Both the position numbers and the translations under genes were made by a program. This document shows, in pieces, positions 29,361 to 44,146 of a stretch of 64,000 bases of DNA. The notes under the pieces were generated by a model. The model did no database searches, was not told the origin of the DNA, and saw nothing but the letters and a program-made list of their open reading frames with translations. This DNA is from the human T2T-CHM13v2.0 reference genome, Homo sapiens. Each line of letters starts with the position of its first letter. The first letter of the stretch is position 1. The stretch is taken from the NCBI RefSeq assembly GCF_009914755.1, contig NC_060929.1. The stretch is one strand, 5' to 3'.

Positions 29361-29634
29361 GGCCGGGCCCGGTGGCTCACTCCTGTAATCCCAGCACTTT
29401 GGGAAGCCGAGGTGGGCGGATCATGAGGTCAGGAGATCGAGACCATCTTGGCTAAAATGGTGAAACCCCGTCTCTACTAAAATGTGGTGGCAGGCGCCTG
29501 TAGTCCCAGCTACTCGGGAGGCTGAGGCAGGAGATGGCGTGAACCCAGGAGGCGGAGCTTGCAGTAAGCTGAGATCCTGCTACTGCAGTCCGGCCTGGGT
29601 GAAAGAGCAAGACTAAGTCTCAAAAAAAAAAAAA
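29361..29634 (+). mobile_element. AluY-like element lacking the middle linker
   Basis: AluY diagnostics (gagatcgagaccatc, ggcgtgaacc, ggagcttgcag); perfect TSD AAAACTTCATGTATAC (29345-29360 / 29635-29650). Confidence 0.93.
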
Positions 29635-30129
29635 AAAACTTCATGTATACAAAAATCAGCTACCCTAAAACTGTAGGGAGACAAGAAATGGCTCAGGACC
29701 AGAAACTAAATAAAAAGAGGTCTCTAGTTAACCAAAGAAATCTTGGAAAATTCATGCACTAAAGACTTACGCATTTTACTCAAGGGGCAACTCAGAATCT
29801 GTTTAGAATCTATTTGACGTACTATTCTAAACTTATAGATTGTAAACTACGTAAAAAGGAGAAATAATTCAAGGTATTTCTTCAAGTTCATAATGTTAAC
29901 ATCATCAGTAAGTGATGGCTGACGGCCCATCAGCAATGAAGGAGGCAAACAAAAAAGAAACCACAAAACAATAACTGAAATCCCCTATATGAAGTAGATA
30001 CAGAACAACTTATTACAGGGGCAGCATCCCAATATTCCATCACTGTATTTCAGCCAGTGTTCACAATGGTGACTCAGAGTGATCAAAGAAAGGTAAGCTG
30101 GGTTTAGAACTCTCTCTGCAAGCAAAAAA

Positions 30130-30310
30130 AAAAAAAGACTACATATTGGGTACAGTGTACACTGCTTGGGTGACAGGTGCTCTAAAATCTCAGAATTCAC
30201 CACTGAACAACTCATCCATGTAACAAAAAACCACCTGTACCCAAAAAATTATTGAAATAAAAAAATAAAGTTTAATAATAGAAAAGTAAAAAAACAAAAA
30301 CCAAAAAAAA
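30130..30310 (+). mobile_element. L1PB-like extreme 3' end
   Basis: gactacatattgggtacagtgtacactgcttgggtgacaggtgc...aaccacctgtaccc...tattgaaataaaa; CTCTCTGCA on both flanks. Confidence 0.85.
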
Positions 30311-30819
30311 CACTCTCTGCAGGGAGAGAAATGTTTAGGATATTTTAGAAATAATGCTTTGAAAATACTAAAATTACAAAATATATAAAAGAACCAGAAA
30401 CAGGCGCTTGAAAGTTAAAATTGAGTTATTCATTCATTCAGCAACTCTCAGTGAGTATTCTTATGTACCAGGTACTGTGCTAGTCACGTCTTGGGGACAC
30501 TGAGAGCAGATCCTGCTCTTAAGAAACGCATGTTCTAAGTTAGAAGCTTCAAAGCATGGTCAGAACCCCCTGGTGGTTCATGAGATCCTTCTGGGGGTCT
30601 TGGAGATACACACTATTTTCCTAATAATATTAAGATGGCATTTGTACTCATGGTGCAAAAATAGCAGTGGGTATCCTTAGCCTGAATCAGGCAGGCAATA
30701 CCAAATATGCTGGCAGCTGTTGTATTGTTCACCCCCAAACACACACACACAAAATGTCCAGAGCAAAGCAGGAAAAATGATTAATTGTATTACATTTCAC
30801 CCTAAAGCATATATTTTTA

Positions 30820-31133
<314 letters not shown>

Positions 31134-31212
31134 AGATAAGATAAGATGAGAGAAGATAAGATAAGATAAGAGAAGATAAGATAAGATAAGATAAGATAAG
31201 ATAAGATAAAAT
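31134..31212. repeat. (GATAA)n pentanucleotide microsatellite
   Basis: About 15 units with GAGAA/GATGA interruptions, replacing the Alu A-tail. Confidence 0.95.
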
Positions 31213-32186
31213 AGGGTGGGACGTACATATGAAGCACTTTGCTATATAGTGTGGTACAATGGCTGATCGGAGAAAACACACTTGAGTGATTGAGTTGCAA
31301 GCTGAACTAACCACTTTTCTCACAGAACACAATTTTCACTTGAGAGAATGATGGACAAACTGTGGTTATTCAAACTTGAGTATTTGGCAGATATTTTCTC
31401 AAAAATGAACAAAGAGAGCCTGCCATGTTACAGAAAACAACTGACAGTATTTGTTGCCAATAATAAAATTTGATCTTTTAAGTGAAATTTAGAGTTTTTG
31501 AAAACTTGAACTTACAGCTCTCCAATAATTAAAGACTCTTCTAATGAGAATAATAGTGATACAAACTTATTTTTTAATATTATATAATAAAATTATGAAA
31601 TTAGAATGATGTGCATAACTCAGTTGACCCATATTTTTCAAATGACCAAAAAGCATGACATTACAAAATCATGCATGGATAAAAGATCCACTCAACGTGA
31701 AAAATAGGATAGATGTACTTTAATGTAACAGAATACAAACAGTTCATTAATTTTCTTTCGGATTACACGTTGAAACTAAACTTTAAAAATCTATACCTGT
31801 CAAGTTTCAGCATAGTATCAAAGAGGAGTATCTACAATTACCTTAAAAGGTTATTAAAATATCCTTCTCCAACTGTGTGTATGTGTATGAATGACTGAAT
31901 TTTCCTCATACACTTCAACCCAAAACAATTTATTGCAACATATTGAATGCAGAGGCAGATATGGAAGTCTACTGTAAATATGTAAAACAATGCCACTTTT
32001 CTTTCTGGAATTTTTATTTTGAAAAATAGTTATTTTCCTACAAATATGTTCTTACATGCTAACATGTAATAAATAGGTTTATTGTTATTTTTTAATGAAT
32101 TAATAAACAATTTTAAGAATTTCTCAATTTAAATTTCTAGTACAGTAAATATCCGCATAAAGAATTCTGCAGGGTTCTCAATAAAA

Positions 32187-32470
32187 TTTTTTTTTTTTTT
32201 GAGACAAGGTCTCACTCTGTCACCTGAGCTGGAGTGCAATGGCACGATCATGGCTCACTGCAGCCTCGGCTCCCCTGGGCTCAAGCAATCCTCCCATCTC
32301 AGACTCCCAAGTAGCTGGGACTATAGGCATAAGCCACCATGCCTGGCTAATTTGTATTTTTTGTAGAGATGGGTTTTGCCATGTTGCCCAGGCTGGTCTT
32401 GAACTCCTGGGCTCAAGAGATCCACCCACCTTGGCCTCCCAAAATGTTGGGATTACAGGTACCGCACCTG
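32187..32470 (-). mobile_element. Alu (AluJ-like)
   Basis: T-tail, gagacaaggtctcactctgtcacc...gggctcaagcaatcctccc...gggattacagg. Confidence 0.92.
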
Positions 32471-34015
32471 TAATCCCCAGTAATTTTTAAGTGTTCAAAA
32501 GGTCCTGAGACCAAAACGTTTGAGAACTATCAGTCTAAGAGGACATAGCTAGACCTATAAATAAGTATAATAATTCTAACCTACTACAATAAGGGCTGTG
32601 ATAGGAAGAAGCACAGGATAACATGGGGGGATACGGGAGCGGCATCTAGTTCAGTCTTGGAGAGTCAAGGAAGGCGCCCTAGAGAAGGCTATCTTTAAGC
32701 TAGAACTTGATAGATGAGAAGTTAGCATGCTAAGAGGGATGGAATGTCCAAATCAGAAGGAAGAGCTTCTGCAAAGTTCTGGAGAAAGGAGAGAATATGG
32801 CTCATTCATGAAAATAAAAGTTATTTGGTAAAGCTAGAACATAGTTTGTGGTAACCTAGGCTGTGCAGATTATATTATTGTTTCAATAAAATAAGCATAT
32901 ATGTATAGTGAAGGGTTAAGAATAGACTCTGGTCTCAAGTATACATAACACTAATAAGAAAAAAAATAAGCTGGACCTGGTCTCTGGTATGCTGTACTCA
33001 TTTACATAAAGTTTAAAAGGGCCACCTTAATAAGTTGCCACAAATATATAATTGGAAGTTGTGATCTATATTCCATGATATCTAAATATAAGCCAAAATT
33101 TAGGCTCTCTTTAAAAGTTTTTTATATATATATTTAAAGGAATTCTAATGAGATAAAGTTTGACTTGAATTGGAAACATTACAGGCATAAATTTAAAGCC
33201 CATATTCTTTATAAATACTTTACTTTCATCCAGATCAGTGGAAGTTATCTCATGACTTCAGGTCATGGCCAACAGTGATTTCCTGTAAAAGTGGCATGGT
33301 TTGTAAGATGGACTTTGCCATGTCTTGGTGGCCTTTTTGTCATCTTTGGCATATGGCTAGTTTCCTGATTTTCCATTTCTGTTCTGTTTTAATAGTGTAT
33401 TTGTCCTTCCAGACTATGAAAAATCTTTCAATCAAATGACCCCAAAACCTCCACCAGGAGTGCTGTGTTGGCAGATTTCAAGGTAGGTGTACCCTCTGCA
33501 GATGAGGCCAGGTAACAAGCAATGTTAGGGGCACGTCCATACTCAAAGCCCCTGGCTTATTTTATGGGCATTCCTGAGCTGGAACATGGTTTCTGAGAGT
33601 GATTTTTCTCTTTTGGGTGGGAGTTCAAAAGAAGCAGAAATAGATATTTCTTACTCAGAGGTTAGATCTGGTATTATTGATATCTTGGAACAGAAAGCCA
33701 CCTACAATCACATCACTGTGACCTTTGGATAACAGGCTGCTGCTATGTGTTATGAATTAGGACTCACTGTCAGGAAAACGCGGTGGCCAAAGCCACATTG
33801 CTACATTTTACAAGCCTTTTCTGAGGGACTCTATTTAATTTGTAAATGTTGTTTGTAAGTAAGGTACTCCAGAGGATATTTTGCCAACGATTATTTCTGT
33901 TAACTTGTTTGTAAGTCTGCACACATGTTGCTTTGCCAGTATATCTTTGCTATTATCTGTTGATTTACTTGTCTATATATTTTGTGGCTCCTGAGAACTC
34001 TGAAGGGCAAAATAA

Positions 34016-34367
<352 letters not shown>

Positions 34368-35644
34368 TATGACAGTTTTTACAGTCTATTATATTTTATG
34401 TTAAGGCATTAGCAAAAAAAAAAAAAAAAAAATAGGGCATCAAAAACATGTCAAAGCAAATAAAACTAGTTTGAAAATAAGATCAACTCTAAAACTGTAG
34501 ACACTGCCCACATCTCCCAAAAGATTTTTAAAACAGTAGACATTTAAATATGCTGTATCTCCCCTGCAACTGGCATTGTGTCTGATACCCACTGAGTAAA
34601 TGCTGAATGAGTAAATGAATGAGTCACAACTCTATGACATAGAGATGCTAGATATCCACATTCTACAAATGAGAAAATTGAGACACAATGCAGTGAAGTA
34701 GCTTGTCCTTGTCCAATAGCTAATAAATGGGACTGGGTTTAAAGTTGGGTAACCTGACTATAAGCTCACTTAATTAACCTCTGCATCATACTACACATAC
34801 TATAACATTATATTAGTGACTTTTTTTGAGATTGTTTATATTTAGGTAGTGTGTCATGTTCCCATCAAATACGCTGGTTGAATATTTAATAATTGTTTTT
34901 TAGTATGGAAAGAAATCAGATACACAAATATTAGTGTAACTTCCTCGCTGTCAAGAATCACTTACTGGGATAAGTTCACCAGTGACAGTGTCAAGCTCTC
35001 AGAAGACACCTTGCAAGGGTGGAAGACAAGCACAGGGGCCCTCATGTTCCAAGGACCTCAGTAGCCCCTCTTCCACACTCCCACCCTGCGTGCCACTACT
35101 TAATGCTGCTGTCATTATAAAAGTAAAATACCTTTCCAGATCAAATCCAAAACCGTCTTTTACAATTACCCTTTGTTTCACTTTGGTTTGCTTTCAGTCA
35201 TGATGATTAACATATTTTGAAGTTTCATATACTTAAAAGGAAGTAGATTTTTATATTTACCCCAGGAGGGCATCTGGTTTAAAAGGTTAAGAAATGACAG
35301 TTTTGTCATGTTTTCTCCAGGTTGCGATACTCTCTGTGAGTGACAGTCATCATAACCTTCCCATGCCTGTTTTGTGTTCTGGAGTGCACAAGTGTGAGAG
35401 CTCAGAGACATGATGTTTCTGAGGCCTACTGCACACAGGGAAGGCTGAACTAATCCTGGGCACACGGGGGCTGTGACGAGTCTGGTTATCATCCCATGCT
35501 GTTTCTGTTTGGGCTGTATTGTACTATTTCCACTGTACTGCCAGTGGAATCTTTCTGATGCCATGGCCACTAGAGTGGCCAGATTCTCGCTCCCTAGTGT
35601 GGATGAAGAAACTGTGGTTCTGGGGTATTCAAGAAGCCATGTCA

Positions 35645-35959
35645 GGCCGGGCGTGGTGGCTCATGCCTGTAATCCCAGCACTTTGGGAGGCTGAGGCGGG
35701 CGGATCACCTGAGGTCAGGAGTTCGAGACTAGCCTCGCCAACATTGTGAAACCCCATCTCTACTAAAAATACAAAAATTAGCCGAGTGTGGTGGCACGTG
35801 CTTGTACTTCCAGCTACTCTGGAGACTGAGGCAGGAGAATCGCTTGAACAGGGAGGCAGAGGTTGCAGTGAGCCAAGATTGACCCACTGCACTCCAGCCT
35901 GGGCAACACAGCAAGACTCTGTCTCAAACAAAACAAAATAAAACAAACAAACAAAAAAA
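35645..35959 (+). mobile_element. Alu (AluSx-like), full length
   Basis: GGCCGGGCGTGGTGGCTCATGCC...(CAAAA)n tail; degenerate TSD AGAAGCCATGTCA / AGGAGCCATCTCA. Confidence 0.95.
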
Positions 35960-36049
35960 GAGAGGAGCCATCTCATTCCACATGGAATCTGTGCCACTTC
36001 ACAATTTTTTGTGCTGCATTTTGGCCAGCGAACTTTCCTTTATTCTCCT

Positions 36050-36235
36050 CTAAAGGATGTTAAGTTCTCACCATACACACATACAGATGGTAGCTATGTG
36101 TAGGGCTGGAGATATTGATTAATTTGATTGTGGTAATCATTTCACAATGTATATGTATATCAAACCATCACATTGTATACCTTGAATATGTAAAATTTTA
36201 TTTGTCATTTATACCTCAATAAAACTGGGGAAAAA
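36050..36235 (+). mobile_element. L1M 3' terminal fragment
   Basis: ttgattgtggtaatcatttcacaatgtat...catcacattgtatacc...tatacctcaataaa. Confidence 0.8.
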
Positions 36236-37005
36236 GATGTTTAAAATACCCTTTCTCCACTTTTTCTGGTTTCCCATATCTGCACTTCTTCCTCCCTGGA
36301 GAGTAAGGCCTATGAAGGGAGGTATCAAGTCTGTTTTTCTCATCATTGCATCTCCAGCGACTCCAGCAGTATCTGCTACGTGGCAGATGCTTGCTAAAGA
36401 TGTGTTGATTGAATGAATGTCTGAACAACCAAATAAGTGAATATCCCTTTGTGCCCAGATATCACAATTTGAAAACTTTGTTTTTCATCTGGTATCTGTA
36501 TATGACTTTACTTTTTAAAAGTTCACACACATATAGAAAGACTTCATCTCTGCAGTAACTAATCCATAAGCAACTATAGAATTCTTAAGAACCAAGCTCC
36601 GTTCAGAAATGGCAAATTGAAATGCCATCTGAGGGGAAATCAGATACTTGCTGACCATGGGATTTGAGAGAAACTGCCCAGTTTCCTAAAGCACAACTTC
36701 GATTGTATCACTATTTTAAAACCCAGTGGTTTTCAGATGCTCTTGCCCAGCTCCTACTGATTTAGAGGGTGAACGCTGCGTATGCTGACCATGCTGCGAA
36801 TGAGAAGCACAAAGACTAGAAGTGCCAAGGCAGGGGGCTTCACAGCAGCCCCGATCTTTTGGTCTGTTCCTGCCCAATTCTACCATATTGTAGTTCGTAA
36901 CATGGAGCAGGATTGGGGCACATCTGTACTAAATGTCAGGCTTCATGGAGCTTCCCAGAAAGAATTACACAAAGAAATTACATCTCTTGAAGTGTCTAAT
37001 CCACC

Positions 37006-37479
37006 TGTGCTCATTTCCCATGGCTGTTGTAACAAATTACGACAATCTTAGTGGTTTAAAACAACATGAATTTATTATTTTATAGTTCTGGAGGTTGGAA
37101 GTCCTACAGTCAAGGTGTCAGCAGGGTTTTGTTCCTGCTGGAGTCTCTAGGGGAGGATCCATTTTCTTGCCTTTTCCAGCTTTTAGAGACCACCCACATT
37201 CCTTGGCCCATGGCCCTCTCCTTCCATCTTCACATCTCTCTCTCACCACTGCGTCCATCATCACAGCTCATCTGTGACTCTGACACTCCAGTCTCCCTAT
37301 TATAAGGACCCTTGTGATTACACTGGGCCCATTCATGTAATTCAGAGTCACCTCCCCAGCTCAAAATCCTTAATCACATCTGCAAAGTCCCTTTTGTCAG
37401 CTAGAGTAACATATTCACATATCTCAGGGATTAGAATGTGAACATTGCAGAGGGTGAGGGCGTCATTCCATCTACCACT
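37006..37479 (-). mobile_element. MLT1 (MaLR) solo LTR, MLT1C-like
   Basis: gctgttgtaacaaattac...gtggtttaaaacaaca...agttctggaggttggaagtcc...ataaggacccttgtgattacactgggccca...aatcacatctgcaaagtccctttt. Confidence 0.85.
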
Positions 37480-38549
37480 CCACCCGTCTGCTTTCTTCCT
37501 ATCAGCCTCAAAAAGTGCCCTCCAGATCCTCCACTCTCCAAGGCACCTGGTGACAGAATACACTCACTGGCTCCTGGAGGCATCCTCCTTCTGAGCTTTC
37601 CTAGTGCTCCCAGCTGGATGAAACTACTTGTTTGTCCATACTCCTTTGTGCAACCTGGACTGTTCAGGGCATCCCTTTCTGCTGTTGGACACTTTATTTG
37701 TACGCACATACGTTACTTTCCTGATAACCTGAGCCAAGAACCAACTTTGTGCCCTCCTAGGGCCTAGAATGATGTGAGGCAGATTGCTGCTGCTCAATTA
37801 TTGCTGTTAGTGCTTAGCAGGACACACAAGACCCGTCTCCCTGAGCCTGGTGCCATCCAGATGTTCCTGTCAGAGTCCAAAGACAGTACTCCTCATTGCC
37901 ACCCCAGAGCACTTCTGCTAGTGAGTGACATCTTCCATTCCTGTGAGCAGGGAGGACTCCACAACTGCTGCCCATTTAGACTACTTCATCCCCAGGGACT
38001 GCTGGTAGCCTGGGAAGGGAGCCTGCATTTACGTCTGCAGCTTCCCACCTTCTGCAAGTAAGCTTGTTATTGTTTTGCTGTTTGCTGTGGCAGTGGCTGC
38101 TGTTCTGCAGTGCCAGCTGAGAAGCTTTTCTCCAAGCAGCCTTGGTTATTTCCACTATAATTCTTTTCCCCTCAGGATGCCATCCTCTACATGTGTCGGT
38201 ATGACTCACTTGGTACTTGTACTTGGTAAAAGCCAGAGTTTAATGAAAAGACATCGGTCGAGAACTTTGCAGTCTCATTTGCAGCCACATCCTGGGTAGG
38301 ACTTGCCTTAACTCAGGTGGAATCTTTCCTCCCCAGCAGTCAAGAGATGCAGAAGTAACAACTACCTAACTGCCAAGTACTAGGCAAAACTTGGGGCTGG
38401 GGTTGAAGTGCATTAAAGGGCAGGCATGTGAGAGAATAAAAATATGAAATCAAGGTTTCTGCTCTTACAGATTTCAAAATCAATTGGGAAGAAATGTAAG
38501 TTACTAAGTAATTGCAAAATTTTGTAAAATCTTCTAGCAGCAAAATGTA

Positions 38550-39900
38550 GAGCTGGGGAAAAAATGTGGGTCCTTATCTTATAGTCTACATCTGGATAAA
38601 TCCAAAATATTAAAAGTAAAGTCTTAAAATTACTAGGAAAAAACCCTGAGAGAATTTTTCTTACATAATTTCAGAATGGTAAAGGTCTAAGTATAATATA
38701 GGACCCAGAAGCCATATGAATGAAAGAATAGGTAAATTTAATGACAAAAAAAACTTCCCATGGCAAAATGCACAATATGAAAAGTCAAAAAACAAATGCC
38801 AATCTGAGAAAAATATTTGTAAATCATATTACAGAAAAAAGTTAATTTCCCAAATGTATAAAGAATATGATATGGTTTGGATTTGTGTCCCACCGGCAAT
38901 CTCGTGTCGAATTGTAATCCCTAATGTTGGAGGAGGGGTCTGGCAGGAGGTGACTGAATCATGGGGGCAGATTTCCTCCTTGCTATTCTCACGATAGTGA
39001 GATCTCACAAGATCTGGTTGCTTAAAAGGGTGTAGCACCTCTTCCTTCTCTCTCTTCCTCCTGCTCTGGCCATGTGTAGATGTGCCTGCTTCCCCTTCAC
39101 CTTCTGCCATGATTGTTAAGTTTCCTGAGGCCTCCTCAGCCATGCTTCCTGTATAGCCTGTGGAACTGTGAGCCAATTAAACCTCTTTTCTCTATAAATG
39201 ACACCATCTCAGGCATTTCTTTGTGGCAATGTGATAAAGGAGTAATACAGAATATATACAAATCAATAAGAAAAACACTAACCATCTACTAGAAAAAATG
39301 GGCAAAGCATATAAGCTGACAGTGCACAGAAAAGGAAATGCAGATGGCCCTTAAACATATGCCAAGATGTTCAGTCTTATATATAATAAGGGAAATGGAA
39401 CTAAAATCACACAGAGACATAATTTTTAAATTATGTTAAATGGGCTAAAATTTAAAAGTTTGAAAATACTTACATTTTGAGGAATCAGCAGCCCACCCAT
39501 CTATTACTGGCAGAAGTATATACTGGTACAACACCTATAGGAGGCAAGTTTTTAAGATCTTCCAAAATTGCAAACATGCATATCCTGGACTCAGCAATTT
39601 GCTAGAAATTTATCCTATGGATAGTCTCTAACCTGTGGGAAAAGACATATACAGAACTTTATTTACTACAGCACTGTTTATATTATCAAAAGACTGGAAG
39701 TCATCATCAACAGAGGAGTGATAAAAATAGAAGAGTGATAAATTATGATATTCACACAAAATGGAATTCTATGCATTGCTCAAAAAGCAATAGGGATACT
39801 CCTTATGATGGTTATGGAAATATTTCAAAGATATGGTAAATGATAAAAACAAGATGACAGAACAGTTTGTTCAGTGTGCTGCTGTTAGTATACAAAAGAA
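38550..39900 (+). mobile_element. Old L1 (L1ME-like) fragment, interrupted by an MST LTR
   Basis: Decayed A-rich ORF2 3' motifs (aaaaatgggcaaagcatat...gaaatgcagatggcccttaaacatat); boundaries approximate. Confidence 0.65.
38868..39249 (+). mobile_element. MST (MaLR) solo LTR, MSTA-like
   Basis: TG...CA termini (TGATATGGTTTGG...TAATACA), ATTAAA polyA signal, perfect 5-bp TSD GAATA (38863-38867 / 39250-39254). Confidence 0.93.
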
Positions 39901-40919
39901 AGGAGGAGTAAACTGCTAGCTATTTTCAAGAATAAGCTCAATATATTTCTACCAGTTCTTTTTGCTCATGCTGTTCTGTTCATGTAGATTGTCCTTTCTC
40001 CATCTCTGCCTGTTGAAAAATATTGTTCTTCCAGGACAATTTCAAATACTTCTTCCTCTATGAACCTTTATTGATCTCCTGAGTTAAGCACTCTCTCAGT
40101 TGAACAAATCTAAAATTATTAGGAGAATAGTTTTAAGGTTTGGAATGAGAGATCCTTTCTAAGACAGACAACCCCCATTAACTCATAAAGAAAGAAGCTT
40201 AGCCTAACCTTATAAGAAATTTAATAATTTGTATGGTCACAGACATAATAAATAGACATAAATACAAAATCTGATGACACACTGAGAGGAAATATCTGCA
40301 ACATATATTGATGACGAAAGCTTATTATCCAGATTATATAAAGAGCTTCTAAAAGCCAGTAAAGATAAAAACAATAGTCCAATCAGAAAAAAGACACATC
40401 TTGAAGAGTTAAGCCAATAAAGAAAGAAAAGCAGTTTAAAAGGTGCTCAGTTTTAAACAGTAAATATTTCTCTCCCTTTGGTGAGTAAAAAATAAGAAGA
40501 CTTACATTATGATGTGGGGAAAGAGGCAATGATGTGGAAGGAATATAAATTGTTAAATTCTTTTCAGAGGGTAATTTGGCAGGAGTCATCAAATGTTAAA
40601 ATTAGGTATCACCTTCAATCCATCTGTTTGGCTTCTAGATCTAGGCATCTGTGCTCAGAGAAACATATATGAGTATAGAAGCACTTACAAGCATGGTCAT
40701 TGCACACTATTTATAATAGAAAAAAACCAAACACCACCTAAAGGACCACCAAGAGGGGAAAGAGTAAAGGAAATATGGTAGATTCATTCTATGAGCTACT
40801 GTGCAGCAGTTTTTAAAAATAGATTTTTACATATTTGAAAAGAGCTTCAAAGGGAAAATGCCATTTGAAGAACAGTATATAAAATATTGTTCTATTTATA
40901 TGGGGAAGATACATGTATA

Positions 40920-41250
40920 CAGTCAGCCCTCCATATCCACCAGTTCTGCATCTGTGGATTCAACAAACCATGGATTGTAATTATTCAGAAAAAAATATAT
41001 AAAAAAAGAATGGTTGAATCTGTTCTGACCATGTGCAGACTTTTTTCTTGTCATTATTTCCTAAACAATACAGTATAACAACTATTTACATAGCATTTAC
41101 ACTGTTTTAGGTATTATAAGTAATCAAGATTATTTAAAGTATACAGGAGGATGTGCGTAGGTTATAAGCATCATTTTATATAAGGAACTTAGGCGTCCCT
41201 GAATTTTGGTATTCACAGGGGACAGAGTCCTAGAACCAATCCCCTACATA
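40920..41250 (-). mobile_element. MER2 (Tigger-family) DNA transposon
   Basis: cagtcagccctccatatcc...gattcaacaaacc...ctatttacatagcatttacac...gtcctagaaccaatcccc. Confidence 0.85.
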
Positions 41251-42204
41251 TATGTGTACATTCTACACACACACACACATGCACACAAAATAGTTTAGCC
41301 TCTAGGAAGGGGAATAGAACTAGGGGTAGCAAAGAAAGAACTTTCATTTTCTTCTTTATACATTTATAGGATGTTTTTTGTTTTTCTTGTTGTTGAAGGA
41401 TAGTGATGTGAAGGACCCAGTTCACACAGTTAGGAAAAGGGACTTGATTTCAGTCAATTGGCCTTCCAGTGTGATATTTTTTTTCCACTGTTCCACCAAA
41501 AGAAAATAAGAGGCACTTTCGGAGTCAAGGATGATTGAATAGAAAGAAGTATAAGATATTTTCCTCTGGCTATGAAGTTCACTATGGAATTTTCAGAAAC
41601 ATGCCTCTTCTAACTAACCTAATAGCCACTGTTAAGAGTTAGGCCCATTTAGTTTATGGGCATAGAGAATGGCTGCAGCCATCAATGACATAGCGTATAG
41701 ATTATCCTTTTAAAATGTTCTCTAATACTTCATACCTTGTAAGTCTTTTCCCTAATTTTCCTTTTGTTTCTTTCCCCAGGCTCTCTGGAATTTTTCTATA
41801 GCTAGCTTAAAGTTTGGAAAGAAAGGACTGATAAATGCTGAGTAAACAGACTATTTCTTGACCCTTAAATGACATACTGTCTTAAGTTACACTCTAGAGA
41901 ATGACTTTAATTCTAACTAACAACACAACACTGGAGGTTCATTCAATGTGAGATTTACTCTGACTGTTTTATTCTTCCCACCAATCAACACTTGGGCTGT
42001 GCTTCATTTCCTTTATTTGCTTTAAATTCAATAGCATCAGTGAAGGTACCATATAGGGGAGGTCATAGACTTTGAAATATGACATAGCAGAGTTCTTTTC
42101 ACAAGTTTTCAACTTACTATCTTTGTGATTTGGAGGAATTGTCTAACTTTTCTCCATGTCAGTTTTTCATCTGTCAAACAGCAATAATAATAACTAATGG
42201 CAAA

Positions 42205-42650
42205 AAAGAAATCACAATGACATTAGAAAATGTTATGAAATGAATGATAATGATAATAAAGACACAACACATCAAAATGTGTACAGGGCAGCTAAAGCAG
42301 GAGTTAGAAATATTTAGCCTTAAATGTATTTATCAGAAAAGAAGGAAAACTGACAATTAATTACTTAAGCTTCTCAAGCAGCTACAATAGGAAGTAAGAT
42401 AAAACCCAAAGAAATTAGGAGCAAAACAGCATGGATAAAAACAGCTTCAATGAAAATATATATACACATACATAAAATAGAAAACTATCAATAATGTCAA
42501 ATGTAGGTTTTTGTAAAGATTAACAAAATTGATAAACCCCTAGCTGGACTGATCAAGAAAAAAACAAAGAAAATACAAATTATCGAGATCAGAAATGAGA
42601 AAGAGACATCAATACAGACTTTAAGCCATCAAAAATATAAATAATACCAG
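42205..42650 (+). mobile_element. Old L1 ORF2 internal fragment
   Basis: acaacacatcaaaatgtg...gcagctaaagcag...aacaaaattgataaacccctagctggactgatcaagaaaa (L1 ORF2-like KIDKPLA.LIKK). Confidence 0.75.
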
Positions 42651-43761
42651 TGGGAATTCACTGAAGTACTTTAAGCACCTAGCACACTACCATGGCTCAT
42701 AGAAGCCATTCATTTAGTCATTGAATATGCTTTGACTGAGCATATGCCCTATGCTGAGCAAGAGGAATGCTAAGGTATATGGGTGGCTGGGTGGGTGTGA
42801 AAAGGGTGTGTGGGGGTGGGGATAGACATGTTCTTTGCTCCTGTGGAGCATAGAGTTCAACTAGTCTTTTCTTTATAAATTACCCAGTCTGTGGTAATCT
42901 GTTACAGCAACAGAAAATGGACAAAAGTAGTGCTCTCATCAGGAGGAAAAGCAAGGGAAAGCCTGTGTTGGAGGGAAGGATGGTTTGGCACAAAGTCATT
43001 GTGGCTGATGCTGGAAAGTAAGGGCAAGTGGAGGGGCCAGATGAAGCTGCTGAGATAAATGGGGACCAGCTTGTAGGTGACACTGAGAAGTCTGGTCTTT
43101 ATTCTAAAATGGGGAGCCATTTGTGTTTTAAGTGGAGATGGGGCAACAAAACCAGATCAGAAAAGATCATTCTCCATATTGTGTGAAGCATGGATTGGGT
43201 GAGTCATTGTGGATATACAGATGCCAGTAAGGTGACTATTGAGGTTGCATGGGAAAAAAAAATAGCTAGACCTACTGTTTACAATATAAATTAAACTGGA
43301 AATAGCTCAAATGTTCACCAACAATGGACTGGTTGAGTAAATTATAGTAAATAAACATAATGGGTTACTATGCAGCTATAAATAAAAATGAGGAATATTA
43401 ACATATATTATTGTAGAGTTATAGCCGGGATATAGTGTTTGATGAAATAAGCAAAGTGGAGAAAATTGTATGTATATGCTGCTACTTGCATTTTTAAAGT
43501 GAAAGGCTAAATCAAGGTAAAAAATTGTTACTCACAGGAAGAGACAGGGAGAAAGCTGGAGGGGACAGGGATAGAGGCTAAAGATCTCCAAATACAAATT
43601 GTTTTGTAGATTTCACCTTGGAACCATGTAAATATTTTACATTACTATAAAGCAAAATTAAATTGTAAAAATCAATTCATAAAAACTGAAAACAAAATGA
43701 AACAAATGAACATAACTATGCACTGAGTTAGTGGCACGATCATATATAACAGAATTAATTA

Positions 43762-44146
<385 letters not shown>

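Noticed and set aside
35563-35581. Palindrome TGGCCACT-AG-AGTGGCCA resembling a CTCF site
   Set aside because: The 3' half lacks the GGC core in register, and an 8-bp stem is plausible by chance
41750-41780. Strong-looking polypyrimidine tract and CAG acceptor
   Set aside because: No convincing donor or transcript context; such pseudo-acceptors are common
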